This document shows positions 42,735 to 54,290 of a DNA stretch of 64,000 nt, in pieces. The stretch is from an uncultured Acidobacteriota bacterium. Its GTDB lineage: Bacteria; Acidobacteriota; Terriglobia; UBA7540. The notes beneath the pieces are model-generated. The model had not been told where the DNA came from. It saw only the letters and a list, made by a program, of their open reading frames with translations, and made no database searches. Both the position numbers and the translations under genes were made by a program. The stretch lies in NCBI GenBank assembly GCA_963804995.1, contig CAWDSK010000005.1, forward strand, positions 1,216,001-1,280,000. The letters run 5' to 3'. Position 1 is the first letter of the stretch. Each line of letters opens with the position of its first letter.

Positions 42735-42775
42735 ATCTGCCGATAACCGTAGCGGGGAAGTGCGTCACGGCCGGG
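42735..42775 (+). repeat. 41-bp site A (family shared with 54836-54876 and 54962-55002)
   Basis: ATCTGCCGATAACCGTAGCGGGGAAGTGCGTCACGGCCGGG; 37/41 to the reverse complement of 54962-55002. Confidence 0.85.
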
Positions 42776-43279
42776 GTGGGTCGGTAAGCGCGCCCGTTAC
42801 TCTTAACTCATAACTTGTCACTGCCCTTAGCCAAGCCCGCAAGGCAACCTTGGTCACAGATGACCAGGGGACTTCGAGCGCGGGGGCACTGCCCTCAAAA
42901 TCCTTTGGGTCGGAAGTCGCACGTTGTAGCTTGGGTGTCCCCACCCGCGATTCGTTGCTGTAGCGGCGCTCGGCCCCGATGATCAATTTGGAAATAACGT
43001 GCTATCGGGGCTCGGTGCCTGCCCCGCCCCAGCGGGGAGCGCCGGCTTTTGGAGTAGTCCAGACTTGCCCTTGAAGACTGCGGCCCTTACTGGGTCAAGC
43101 CAAGAGCCGTGGAGTCAAAGGGAACTCCGCCCTGCGCTTTCTGCAAATGCAATCTGAGGGCGCATACGCTTTACCACTGAACTCCTTACACCTCCATTTA
43201 CTTAGATGTACAATGGCTCCGCATTGGGGGTCTTATACTCTCTAAAGACGGCGGGTTTATCTCGTCGAGGTGAGTCAAA

Positions 43280-44884
43280 TTGCCAGGTAACCACAACGAA
43301 ATTGAGAAGCGTCTTTGGAGTGCGGCCGACGAGCTGCGCGCCAATTCCAAGTTGAAATCTTCTGAGTACTCCGTCCCGGTTCTGGGGCTAATCTTTCTTC
43401 GCTACGCCGACCACAAGTTCACTCAAGCTGAAAAAGAGCTGGCAAACAAGGGTTCGCAGCGGCGCTTTGTGAACAAGACGGATTATCAAGCGCGGGGCGT
43501 GATGTACCTTCCGCCCACGGCGCGTTTTTCCCATCTCTTGAAATTGCCTGAGGGTGCGGATACCGGCAAAGCCATCAACGAGGCGATGAAGGCTATCGAG
43601 GCCGACAACGAAGACCTGAAGGACGTGCTTCCCAAGACTTACAACCGCCTGGAAAACTCCACGCTGGTCGAGCTGCTGAAGACCATGAGTTCGATTCCCA
43701 TGGATATTGAGGGCGACGCCTTTGGGAAGATTTACGAATACTTCCTGGGAAAATTTGCGTTGAGTGAAGGCCAAAAGGGCGGCGAATTTTTTACCCCAAC
43801 ATCGCTGGTGAAGCTCATCGTCGAGGTCATTGAGCCTTACCACGGGCGCATTTTTGATCCCGCCTGCGGCTCGGGCGGCATGTTTGTGCAGAGCGCGCGG
43901 TTTGTAGAGAACCACAAGAAGAACCCCGGCGCGGAAATCATGGCCTACGGGCAGGAGCGCGTTGCCGAAACCATTCGGCTCTGCAAGATGAACCTGGCGG
44001 TGCACGGCCTCTCCGGAGACATTCGCCAGGCCAACACATACTATGAGGACATCCACCAAAGCGTGGGCAAGTTTGACTTCGTGATGGCCAATCCGCCCTT
44101 CAACGTGGACAAGGTGGATAAGGAAAAGATCAAGGACGATCCCCGCTTTCCCCTCGGCATGCCCAAGGCGGATAACGCCAATTATCTTTGGATTGAAATC
44201 TTTTTCAGCGCCTTGAGCGCCAAGGGGCGGGCGGGTTTCGTGATGGCGAATTCCGCCGCCGACGCGCGGGGCACGGAATTGGAGATTCGCAGGAAGCTGA
44301 TCGAATCGGGCGTGGTGGATGTGATGATTTCCATCGGCTCCAATTTCTTTTACACCGTCACGCTGCCCTGTACGTTGTGGTTTTTGGATCGGGGTAAAGC
44401 TGCGCCAGCCCCGGGCGCGAAGAACAAAGAGGGCAGGGCGACCTGTCCCGGCCCAGCCGGGAGCCCAGCCCCTACGAAAGATACGGTGCTGTTTATCGAC
44501 GCCCGGCAGACATTTACGCAGATTGATCGTGCCCACCGCGAATTTACGGAAGAGCAAATCCAGTTCCTCGCCAACATTGTGAGGCTGTACCGCGAGGAGC
44601 CGCTGGCGGCGTTTATTGATGCGGAGACCAAAAAGCATTTCCCCAAGGGCAAGTACAAGGATGTGTCCGGCCTGTGCAAGGAGGCGACAGTTAAGGAAAT
44701 TGAGGCGCAGGGTTGGAGCCTGAATCCCGGTCGATACGTGGGCGTGACCGAGCGCGCGGCGGATGATTTTGATTTCAAGGAACGATTGGAAGAATTGAAC
44801 GAGGAACTCGAAACCTTGAACGCCGAAGCGCGCGAACTGGAAGAACGCATCGCCGAAAACGTGGCGCAACTATTGGATGAGTAG
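43280..44884 (+). CDS. hsdM: Type I R-M methyltransferase subunit
   Basis: [33 protein letters not shown] start with RBS GAGGTG. Confidence 0.95.
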   Translation: MPGNHNEIEKRLWSAADELRANSKLKSSEYSVPVLGLIFLRYADHKFTQAEKELANKGSQRRFVNKTDYQARGVMYLPPTARFSHLLKLPEGADTGKAINEAMKAIEADNEDLKDVLPKTYNRLENSTLVELLKTMSSIPMDIEGDAFGKIYEYFLGKFALSEGQKGGEFFTPTSLVKLIVEVIEPYHGRIFDPACGSGGMFVQSARFVENHKKNPGAEIMAYGQERVAETIRLCKMNLAVHGLSGDIRQANTYYEDIHQSVGKFDFVMANPPFNVDKVDKEKIKDDPRFPLGMPKADNANYLWIEIFFSALSAKGRAGFVMANSAADARGTELEIRRKLIESGVVDVMISIGSNFFYTVTLPCTLWFLDRGKAAPAPGAKNKEGRATCPGPAGSPAPTKDTVLFIDARQTFTQIDRAHREFTEEQIQFLANIVRLYREEPLAAFIDAETKKHFPKGKYKDVSGLCKEATVKEIEAQGWSLNPGRYVGVTERAADDFDFKERLEELNEELETLNAEARELEERIAENVAQLLDE

Positions 44885-44891
44885 GCCCTCC

Positions 44892-45043
44892 TTGGAGTGC
44901 GGTAGCAGCAGCTACCGCCTTTCGTTGTTACGCGGCGCGATCTTGCCGTATGAATCGAAGGTGGAAGCCCTCGCTATTTCGGGCGCATACTTCGCGGTTC
45001 TTAGCGCGTTCGGAAGGCGGTAGCTGCTGCTACCGCACTCCAA
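44892..45043. repeat. REPIN-like element, 30-bp perfect inverted arms
   Basis: TTGGAGTGCGGTAGCAGCAGCTACCGCCTT (44892-44921) and its reverse complement (45014-45043). Confidence 0.9.
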
Positions 45044-45080
45044 AGGGGGGCGAGCCGTCCCGCCTAATAGACACGTTGAA

Positions 45081-46307
45081 ATGACAAGTCACGCCAGACC
45101 AGAATGGACCGCCAAGCGGCTCGACGAGCTGGGATTCGTTGGGAGAGGGAAGTCGCGCCATCGCCCCCGGAATGACGAGCGTCTTTACGGCGGCCCTTAT
45201 CCATTCGTGCAGACGGCTGACATCATGGCAGCGGACCCTTACATTTCCAGTTACTCTCAGACCTACAGCGAGTTCGGACTCCAACAAAGCAAGATATGAC
45301 CGGCAGAGACTCTTTGCATGACGATCGCAGGTGCGAATACAGCAAGGACTGCGATTCTTAAAATCGAAGCGTGCTTCCCGGACAGCGTGGTGGGGTTCAT
45401 TCCTGATCCGCTCAAAGCCGACCTTTGTTTTGTCAAATACTCACTCGACTTGATGAGGAACCGATTTCTCGCTGTGAGCCGCGGCGCAACGCAAGACAAT
45501 CTTAGCTTGGATAAGCTTCTTTCGTTCCCAATCATAACGCCAGGCATAGATGCGCAACGCCGCATAGGGGCCATCCTTTCCGACTACGACGACCTGATTG
45601 AAAACAACACCCGGCGGATCAAGATTCTGGAAGAGATGGCGCAGGCGCTCTACCGCGAGTGGTTCGTCCACTTCCGCTTTCCGGGGCATGAGAAGGTTAA
45701 GATGGTGGCGTCGGCCCTTGGGCCGATTCCGCAGGGGTGGGAACTCAAGCGGTTGGGAGACGTTGCGCAAATTGTGATGGGCCAGTCGCCCAAATCTGAG
45801 TTTTACAACGAACGAGGCGAGGGCCTACCATTCCACCAAGGCGTGACCAACTTTGGCGCTCATTTCCCGACGCACCGAGTTTATTGTACTGCTGAGAACC
45901 GGCTCGCCGAGGCGGGCGATGTATTGCTAAGTGTTCGGGCACCCGTGGGCCGAATTAATGTGGCTAACGGTCGGATGGTGATTGGACGTGGCCTCGCCGC
46001 TGTCCGTGGCCGTCATGGCCATCCATGTTACTTGCTTTATCAGCTCAAACATTGTTTCAGGGAAGAGGACACGATGGGGGGAGGGACGATTTTTAAGGCC
46101 GTAACGAAGGATGATGTTCACAGCATCGAATTAATACGACCTGAGAGAGATCTCGTTGGTGGGTTCGAAGGACACTGCGCACCGCTCATGCGGCAACTCG
46201 CGACCCTCACCAACAAAAACAGCAACCTCCGCCGCACCCGCGACCTGCTGTTACCCAAGCTGATCTCGGGCGAAATTGATGTGTCGAATCTCGACATCCG
46301 GACGTAG
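45081..46307 (+). pseudogene. hsdS: Type I R-M specificity subunit with in-frame TGA at 45297-45299
   Basis: Two TRDs plus conserved regions (QRRIGAILS.YDDLIENN.RRI.ILEEMAQ.LYREWFV; RDLLLPKLISGE). ORFs 45081 and 45318 share a frame, separated by one stop. Confidence 0.88.
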
Positions 46308-46378
46308 GGGTAGGGCTTGCCTTACCCCTGGCGGGCCACTGGCCCGCTGAACTGTAGCGCGGGTGTCCCCACCCGCGC

Positions 46379-48141
46379 CTGGCCTTTGGCCTTTTGCAGT
46401 TCAAGCATTGGCGTAGCAGAGGGCGGAGGCGAGGGGGAAGGTACAATTCTGGGGCTTCGTTGTAGAGGGTTGGGGAGGCGCGAAGCCGGAGAAATGATCG
46501 AGACCCAGTCCCCGGCCCCAGACCTCGGCGCGCAGTTGATGGATGGCGTGTTGGGTGGAGATGCGGGCAGTGGGGGCAGCGTGGATCCACTTGGGGCGCG
46601 GCAGCAGGCCGTGGCGGGTACGGGCGAAGGCGCGATGGGTAGCGAGGAGCAAGAGGGCATAGGCGGCCACGGTGAAGGCGGGGGCAGACTCGACCGAATG
46701 GGGGGAGCGGACCTGGGCTTGGCCCACTCCCAGCAGAGTTTTTTCATCGCGGAAATTAACTTCAATGTCCCAGCGTTGGAAGTAAGTTGTGATGAGGAGT
46801 TGGGGGTTGAGGTTTTCGTCGGTGCAGAGGAGGAAGGCGGGTTGGCGATAGAGCAGCTTGGAACCTTGGCGCAGACGATAGGCGAGCGGCGCGATGACGA
46901 CAAGTTGCAGGAATTGGTGGGCGCCGGCGGCACGCCACAGGAGGCCGGTGCGGCGCTTGAAGCGGAGTTGATGGGGAATGCCGTGATGGGTAAAGGTCAA
47001 GGTCTGCCAGGGAGCATCGTCGGTGCGGACCTGCTCGGGAGTGGGAGCGGGAGGCCCGTAGCAGAGACGGCGACCGCGCGCCTTTTGGGTTTGGGGATCG
47101 GGCCGGAACAGCAACTGAGCATCTTTGCGGAGCCGGCCGATGGCGGTGGTATGGGGAGGAAGGCGTTTGAGGACGGTGCGGTTGGTGTATCCGCCATCGA
47201 AGGCGACGAGGAGAAGGCGCGAAGCGGAGGCGGGATCGGAGTCAAGGGCCGCACGCAGATCGTGGATCTGTTCGCTGGCGCGTTGACCGAGGCGGGCAGC
47301 GCGCGCTTGGGTGCGGTACTGCTGCTGCTCGGCGGCGGGGGCCTGCCGGGAAGGCTTGCGGGGCGTGGGGGCATGGCGGAAAGCAATGGGGAGCAAGCGG
47401 CAGGAGCCGTCGGGAGTGGGGAGCGCGAGGGAGGTTTGAAGAAAACGCTGGGCGCGCACGAAGTTGGTTTGAAAGCGCGGGCCCAGCGGGTCGCGGCGCC
47501 AAGCCACCCCGGGAGTGCGCCGACCGGAACGACGCAACAGCGAGTCATCGAGGAGGGCGCAGACGGGAGCGCCGGGTGCGAGTTCGCTCACCACCGCGCG
47601 GCGCACCACGGAGAAGAGCGCCTCAACCCGCAGACGGTGCTGGGAGAAGAGCCGGTAACTGGAGGTCCAGTCACGGAACTGCAGGCCGCAAGTGGTGAGC
47701 AGACCGGTCACGGTATGGCGTCCCAGACAAAGCAAGGTGCTCAGCGCGAGGGCTTGGGCGTGCGCGGCAACGCGGCGCTGGCGGAAGCCCGGGAAACATT
47801 GGCTCCAGAGTTGTTCGAGTTCGGCGAGGACGCCGGTAGAGTTTTTTTTAGCACGGAAGGCGGCGGCGAGGCTCGTCGCAGGGCCAGCAGACCTTTGTTT
47901 TCGACGAACCATTCGACCGATTCGCCGCGCGCAAACTCCATGGCTTGGGCGAGGGCGGAAGGAAAGTTGATGTACCACTGCTCGCTCGCCTGGCGTTTGA
48001 TAAGCTGTACTTTGGTAGGGAACCCCATGAGAAAAGCCTCCTTGAGGAATATCTAGTCATATAACTAGATATCAGAAGACTGGCTTTTCTGCAAGTAAAT
48101 ACTTTCCGACAGCCTTTATCTAGTTAAAGGCCAAAGTCCAG
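46379..48141 (-). mobile_element. IS4-superfamily (IS701/IS4-like) element, copy 1, 1763 bp, 22-bp target duplication
   Basis: IRs CTGGCCTTTGGCCTTT / CTGGACTTTGGCCTTT; flanked by GCGCGGGTGTCCCCACCCGCGC at 46357-46378 and 48142-48163. Confidence 0.92.
46401..48028 (-). CDS. AbrB-like domain + DDE transposase, fused by predicted -1 frameshift at the A8 run (47842-47849)
   Basis: orfA KVQLI...QWYINFPSALAQAMEFARGESVEW; orfB LDDS, FDGGY, YFQRWDIEVNFRDEK (Y-2-R-3-E-6-K). Confidence 0.82.
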
Positions 48142-48176
48142 GCGCGGGTGTCCCCACCCGCGCACGAATTCAACAA

Positions 48177-48200
48177 CGCGGGTGGGGACACCCGCGCTAC
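48177..48200 (-). repeat. GTAG-type REP, inverted partner of the REP targeted by IS copy 1
   Basis: CGCGGGTGGGGACACCCGCGCTAC; further copies near 42926 (degenerate), 54337 and 54363. Confidence 0.85.
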
Positions 48201-48258
48201 AGCGGGCGGGACGCCCGCGTTACGACGATGGCGATGGCCCAGAGAGGGATAACGAAAA

Positions 48259-48507
48259 ATGAACGTACGTCTACATCCCCACGCGCAGGAACGAATCGCC
48301 GAGCGGGGCGCCACGGAAGAGGAAGTTGTGGCCACGGTGCTTGAAGGGGAGACCTTTCCCGCTAAATTCGGACGGACAGGTTTCCGCCGCAATTTTGCTT
48401 TTGACGGCGAGTGGCTGGGCCGCCGGTACGCCACCAAGCAGGTGGAAGCCTATGCCGTTGAAGAAGATGGCTGGCTTGTGATCACGGTTATTGTAAAATA
48501 CTTCTGA
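48259..48507 (+). CDS. DUF4258-like putative RelE-fold toxin
   Basis: HPHAQERIAERG.TEEEV...VITV; upstream of a DUF2283 gene. Confidence 0.7.
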   Translation: MNVRLHPHAQERIAERGATEEEVVATVLEGETFPAKFGRTGFRRNFAFDGEWLGRRYATKQVEAYAVEEDGWLVITVIVKYF

Positions 48508-48525
48508 AGGATGGTGAGTTCCGCC

Positions 48526-48786
48526 ATGAAATTAACCTACGACCCTCGCTATAACATCGCGTATCTCCGTTTTCAGGAAAAGACCGCTCAGGTGGAAACG
48601 CTGCATCTCAGCGACGCCCTGAATGTCGATATGGCCCCGGATGGGACCGTCTATGGGATTGAAATGCTGAACGCGGATCAGCAACTCCGGGCGGAGGACA
48701 ACGGAGACTTCGTCATCGTGAACGAGGCGCTGGCGCAAAGGCAGGTCGTCCGCCTTGCCAAATCGGAGGGGAAAGGTACGCCTTGA
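48526..48786 (+). CDS. DUF2283 putative antitoxin
   Basis: MKLTYDP..NIAYLRF...VD...DG..YGIE.LNA. Confidence 0.8.
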   Translation: MKLTYDPRYNIAYLRFQEKTAQVETLHLSDALNVDMAPDGTVYGIEMLNADQQLRAEDNGDFVIVNEALAQRQVVRLAKSEGKGTP

Positions 48787-48989
48787 GGAAGCGACGTAAG
48801 CCGGCGAAGCGCTTCGACTGTATCGAATTCAAGCGCCAGGCACAGGCGGAGATTTACCAGGAAATCAAAGGGCTCACGCCCGAAGAGGAAATCGAATATT
48901 TCCGCCGGCAGGTCGCTGCCGGTCCTTTCGGCAAGTTGTGGAAGTCCCTCGAAGATCGCTCGCGGGCCGCGGCTTGGCACCCTTCATGA
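48783..48989 (+). CDS. Small hypothetical protein
   Basis: FDCIEFKRQAQ.EIY.EIKGLT.EEEIEYF; coupled to the upstream stop. Confidence 0.55.
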   Translation: MRKRRKPAKRFDCIEFKRQAQAEIYQEIKGLTPEEEIEYFRRQVAAGPFGKLWKSLEDRSRAAAWHPS

Positions 48990-49003
48990 GATTTCGCGCA
49001 GCG

Positions 49004-49123
49004 TTTGGACTGCGGCCGCGAAGCTGCCGCTTTCCAATTTGGCGCCGAAGTTGACCCCAGCCACAACCGCTATGTTATGGCTGACGATGAGGCAAAGCGG
49101 CAGCTTCGCGGCCGCAGTCCAAA
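49004..49123. repeat. REPIN-like element, 30-bp perfect inverted arms
   Basis: TTTGGACTGCGGCCGCGAAGCTGCCGCTTT (49004-49033) and its reverse complement (49094-49123). Confidence 0.9.
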
Positions 49124-49144
49124 GCGGCTGCGCCGCACACGCCA

Positions 49145-52100
49145 ATGAAAACCACGGACTACTCCGAAGATGCGCTCGTTGAGCAGCCCGCCATTGAGCT
49201 GTTTGGCAAACTGCGGTGGGAGACGGCGAACTGTTTCCATGAGTTCGATCACGGCCCGAGTCCCCTGGGCCGGGACTCAAAAGGCGAGGTCGTCCTGGTT
49301 CCCCGCCTGCGGGCCGTGCTTAAGCTCCTCAATCCCAAGCTTCCAGAAGAAGCAATCAATCTCGCCATTGAAGAGCTCACCCGTGGCCGCAGCACTATGA
49401 GCGCGGCAGCAGCCAACCGTGAAATCTACCGCCTGTTGAAAGACGGCGTAAAGGTAACGTACAAAACCGACGACGGCGAAGACTCGAGCGACACGGTAAG
49501 GGTGATCGACTGGAATTCTCCCCGCAATAACGACTTCTTTCTCGCTTCCCAATTCTGGATTATGGGGGAGATGTACGAGCGCCGAGCGGACCTGGTGGGA
49601 TTCGTCAACGGATTGCCGCTGGTCTTTGTCGAACTCAAAGCCGCTCACAAAGCCGTGGAGTCAGCCTATCAGAACAACCTGCGCGATTACCGCGACGCCA
49701 TTCCGCACGTCTTCTGGTACAACGCCGTCACCATTCTCTCCAATGGAAGCGAAAGCCGCATCGGCAGCATGACGGCGGAATGGGAACACTTTGCCGAATG
49801 GAAACGAATCAACGAGGAAGGCGAACAGGGAATCGTGTCGCTCGAGACCATGATCCGGGGAACGTGCGACAAGGTAAAGCTGCTCGACCTGGTGGAAAAT
49901 TTTACGGTGTTCGAGGAAAAGGGTGGCGGACTGGCGAAAAAAATCGCCAAGAACCACCAGTACCTGGGCGTAAACAATGCCATCCACGCCCTTCTCGCCA
50001 TCCATAACAACCAAGGTAAGTTAGGGGTCTTCTGGCACACGCAGGGTAGCGGCAAAAGCGTTTCCATGGTGTTCTTTGCCCAAAAGGTGCTGCGCAAGTT
50101 GCCGGGCAACTGGACGTTTGTGATTGTCACTGACCGGAAAGACTTGGACGAGCAGATTTACAAGAATTTCGCCAATGTCGGCGCGGTAACCGAAAAGGAG
50201 GCCCATGCGGAGAGCGGCAAAGGGCTGCAACGCTTGCTACAGGAGGACCACCGCTACGTCTTTACCCTTATTCAGAAGTTTGGGACGGAAAAAGGGCAGA
50301 AGTACCCGAAGCTCTCCGACCGTCCCGACATTATCGTAATGACGGATGAGGCGCATCGTAGCCAGTACGACACGTTTGCCTTGAACATGCGGAATGCTCT
50401 GCCTAATGCTTCGTTTATCGGCTTTACGGGAACGCCGCTGATGAAGGTGGGGGAAGAAAAGACCCGTGAAGTGTTCGGCGGTTACGTCAGCATTTACAAC
50501 TATCAGCAGTCGACGGAGGATGGGTCCACCGTTCCCCTCTTCTACGAAAACCGTATTCCCGAACTTCAGCTTACCAATCAGGATTTGAATGACGACATCT
50601 ATGAAGTGGTGGAAGGCGCGGAGCTCGACGAGGACCAGGAAAAGAAGCTGGAACGGGAATTTGCCCGCCAATACCACCTGATCACGCGCGACGACCGCCT
50701 GGAGAAAATTGCCGCCGACCTCGTGGAGCACTTCATGGGCCGGGGCGAGATGGGCAAGGCCATGGTGGTTTGCATCGATAAGGCGACCGCCGTCAAGATG
50801 TACGATAAGGTGCAGAAATATTGGAAGGCGCACCTCGCGAAGCTTCGCGGCGAATTGGCGCAGGCAAAGCAAAGCGAACGGCCCCTGCTGGAAAATAAAA
50901 TCCGCTACATGCAGGAAACGGATATGGCCGTGGTGGTGTCGCAGTCGCAAAACGAAATCAAAGAGATGAAGAAGAAGGGAGTGAACATTGAACCACACCG
51001 CAAGCGCATGGTGAAGGAGGACCTGGACACGGAATTCAAGAAGGACGATAGCATCTTCCGGATCGTTTTCGTCTGCGCCATGTGGATGACGGGGTTTGAC
51101 GTGCCCTCCTGCTCCACCATCTATCTCGACAAACCGATGCGCAATCACACCCTGATGCAAACCATCGCGCGGGCAAACCGGGTGTTCCGCGATAAGGTGA
51201 ACGGCTTGATTGTGGATTATGTGGGAGTCTTTCGCGACTTGCAGAAGGCGCTGGCCATCTATGCTCCTAGCACCGCCGGCGCTGGCGGTCCGGTGAAGGG
51301 CAAATCAGAATTGGTGGCCTTGCTTAAACAGGCCATCGAGGCGGCCACCGCATTCTGCGAGGGACTGGGAATCAGCGTGAACAGCATTATTGGGGCCCAG
51401 GGCTTTTCACGGGTGAAGCTCCTGGACGACGCGGTGGCGGCCATTCTGGTGAATGATGAGACAAAACGGAAATACCACTTGCTCACCGAGGATGTGGTGA
51501 GGATGACAAAGGCGGTTAAACCCGATCCCGCGATTAATGAGTTTCTGCCCCTCAGCGTCCTATTTGCCGTAATCGATGAGACGATTCGCTCCAAGAGCAA
51601 ATCGGCGGACATCTCCACCGTCATGGCAGGCATTGAACAGGTCCTGGACAAGTCGATAGCCGCTGAGGGCTATGTGATTGAGGCGGAAACGCCCCTGGAC
51701 TTGAGCAAGTTGGATGTGGACAAGCTAAAGGCCAGGTTTGCCAAGGGCCGCAAGCAGATTGAGGCGGAAAAGCTTCGGGGAGCGCTCGAACAGCAAACTT
51801 CAGAAGCTGATTAAATTCAATCGCACGCGGATAGATTATCTGGACAAGTTCCAGAAGATGATCGATGAGTACAACGCTGGAAGTTTGAATATCGAAGAGT
51901 TCTTTAAGCAGCTCGTCGCCTTCACCAAGGATTTGAACGAAGAGGAAAAGCGTGGGATCGCCGAAAATCTGACCGAGGAAGAGTTGGCCATCTTCGACCT
52001 GCTCACCCGGCCGGAAATGAAGTTAAGCAAGAAAGAAGAACAACAGGTCAAAAAGGTGGTTAAGGACCTCATTCAAAAACTCAAGACGGAAAGGTTTGTT

Positions 52101-52283
52101 TTAGACTGGCGAAAACGGCAGCAATCCAGGGCGGCGGTTCGCGTTTGCATTGGAGAGGTCCTCGACCACCTGCCTCGGGTGTACACGCCTGAGGTTTACC
52201 AACAAAAATGTGAGCTGACCTACCAACACGTTTACGATTCGTACTTTGGGTTAGGTAGTAGCGTATACGAGAACCGGGTATAG
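49145..52283 (+). CDS. hsdR: Type I R-M restriction subunit; +1 frameshift near 51790
   Basis: RADLVGFVNGLPLVFVELK, WHTQGSGKS, TDEAHRSQ, FTGTP, MWMTGFD; C-terminal domain continues in the +1 frame (KLIKFNRTR...YQHVYDSY). Confidence 0.92.
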
Positions 52284-52527
52284 CAGCAGGCATGGCGCGA
52301 ACTTGTTCCGTAGGCCCGCGGCCTTCAAGGTTAAATCCTCCCGGTCTCTTCGGCTGGCAAGCGCACGCGGTCAAAGGTTGCGTGTAGCTACGGTGTCGTT
52401 GCGGCGACCTCTTGCGCATGGCCTTTTCTCCCGCCCGAGGCCCCACGGTAGCTAACAGCTAAAAGCTAACAGCTCTCAGCTTTCAGCTCTCAGTTTTCTG
52501 TTGTAGCGCGGGTGTCCTCACCCGCGT

Positions 52528-54290
52528 CTGGCCTTTGGCCTTTTGCAGTTCAAGCATTGGCGTAGCAGAGGGCGGAGGCGAGGGGGAAGGTACAATTCTG
52601 GGGCTTCGTTGTAGAGGGTTGGGGAGGCGCGAAGCCGGAGAAATGATCGAGACCCAGTCCCCGGCCCCAGACCTCGGCGCGCAGTTGATGGATGGCGTGT
52701 TGGGTGGAGATGCGGGCAGTGGGGGCAGCGTGGATCCACTTGGGGCGCGGCAGCAGGCCGTGGCGGGTACGGGCGAAGGCGCGATGGGTAGCGAGGAGCA
52801 AGAGGGCATAGGCGGCCACGGTGAAGGCGGGGGCAGACTCGACCGAATGGGGGGAGCGGACCTGGGCTTGGCCCACTCCCAGCAGAGTTTTTTCATCGCG
52901 GAAATTAACTTCAATGTCCCAGCGTTGGAAGTAAGTTGTGATGAGGAGTTGGGGGTCGAGGTTTTCGTCGGTGCAGAGGAGGAAGGCGGGTTGGCGATAG
53001 AGCAGCTTGGAACCTTGGCGCAGACGATAGGCGAGCGGCGCGATGACGACAAGTTGCAGGAATTGGTGGGCGCCGGCGGCACGCCACAGGAGGCCGGTGC
53101 GGCGCTTGAAGCGGAGTTGATGGGGAATGCCGTGATGGGTAAAGGTCAAGGTCTGCCAGGGAGCATCGTCGGTGCGGACCTGCTCGGGAGTGGGAGCGGG
53201 AGGCCCGTAGCAGAGACGGCGACCGCGCGCCTTTTGGGTTTGGGGATCGGGCCGGAACAGCAACTGAGCATCTTTGCGGAGCCGGCCGATGGCGGTGGTA
53301 TGGGGAGGAAGGCGTTTGAGGACGGTGCGGTTGGTGTATCCGCCATCGAAGGCGACGAGGAGAAGGCGCGAAGCGGAGGCGGGATCGGAGTCAAGGGCCG
53401 CACGCAGATCGTGGATCTGTTCGCTGGCGCGTTGACCGAGGCGGGCAGCGCGCGCTTGGGTGCGGTACTGCTGCTGCTCGGCGGCGGGGGCCTGCCGGGA
53501 AGGCTTGCGGGGCGTGGGGGCATGGCGGAAAGCAATGGGGAGCAAGCGGCAGGAGCCGTCGGGAGTGGGGAGCGCGAGGGAGGTTTGAAGAAAACGCTGG
53601 GCGCGCACGAAGTTGGTTTGAAAGCGCGGGCCCAGCGGGTCGCGGCGCCAAGCCACCCCGGGAGTGCGCCGACCGGAACGACGCAACAGCGAGTCATCGA
53701 GGAGGGCGCAGACGGGAGCGCCGGGTGCGAGTTCGCTCACCACCGCGCGGCGCACCACGGAGAAGAGCGCCTCAACCCGCAGACGGTGCTGGGAGAAGAG
53801 CCGGTAACTGGAGGTCCAGTCACGGAACTGCAGGCCGCAAGTGGTGAGCAGACCGGTCACGGTATGGCGTCCCAGACAAAGCAAGGTGCTCAGCGCGAGG
53901 GCTTGGGCGTGCGCGGCAACGCGGCGCTGGCGGAAGCCCGGGAAACATTGGCTCCAGAGTTGTTCGAGTTCGGCGAGGACGCCGGTAGAGTTTTTTTTAG
54001 CACGGAAGGCGGCGGCGAGGCTCGTCGCAGGGCCAGCAGACCTTTGTTTTCGACGAACCATTCGACCGATTCGCCGCGCGCAAACTCCATGGCTTGGGCG
54101 AGGGCGGAAGGAAAGTTGATGTACCACTGCTCGCTCGCCTGGCGTTTGATAAGCTGTACTTTGGTAGGGAACCCCATGAGAAAAGCCTCCTTGAGGAATA
54201 TCTAGTCATATAACTAGATATCAGAAGACTGGCTTTTCTGCAAGTAAATACTTTCCGACAGCCTTTATCTAGTTAAAGGCCAAAGTCCAG
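52528..54290 (-). mobile_element. IS4-superfamily element, copy 2, 1763 bp, 22-bp target duplication
   Basis: Near-identical to copy 1 (one substitution seen, 46808/52957); flanked by GCGCGGGTGTCCTCACCCGCGT at 52506-52527 and 54291-54312. Confidence 0.92.
52550..54177 (-). CDS. AbrB-like + DDE transposase, copy 2 (-1 frameshift at 53991-53998)
   Basis: Same as copy 1. Confidence 0.82.

Noticed and set aside
43388..44869. Long antisense ORFs over hsdM (likewise over istA, RT, gnd, kinases, rve transposase)
   Set aside because: Expected shadows of GC-rich coding strands.
46317..48056. 579-aa plus-strand ORF (and its 556-aa twin at 52535)
   Set aside because: Antisense shadow of the transposase; Gly/Ala-rich with no motifs.
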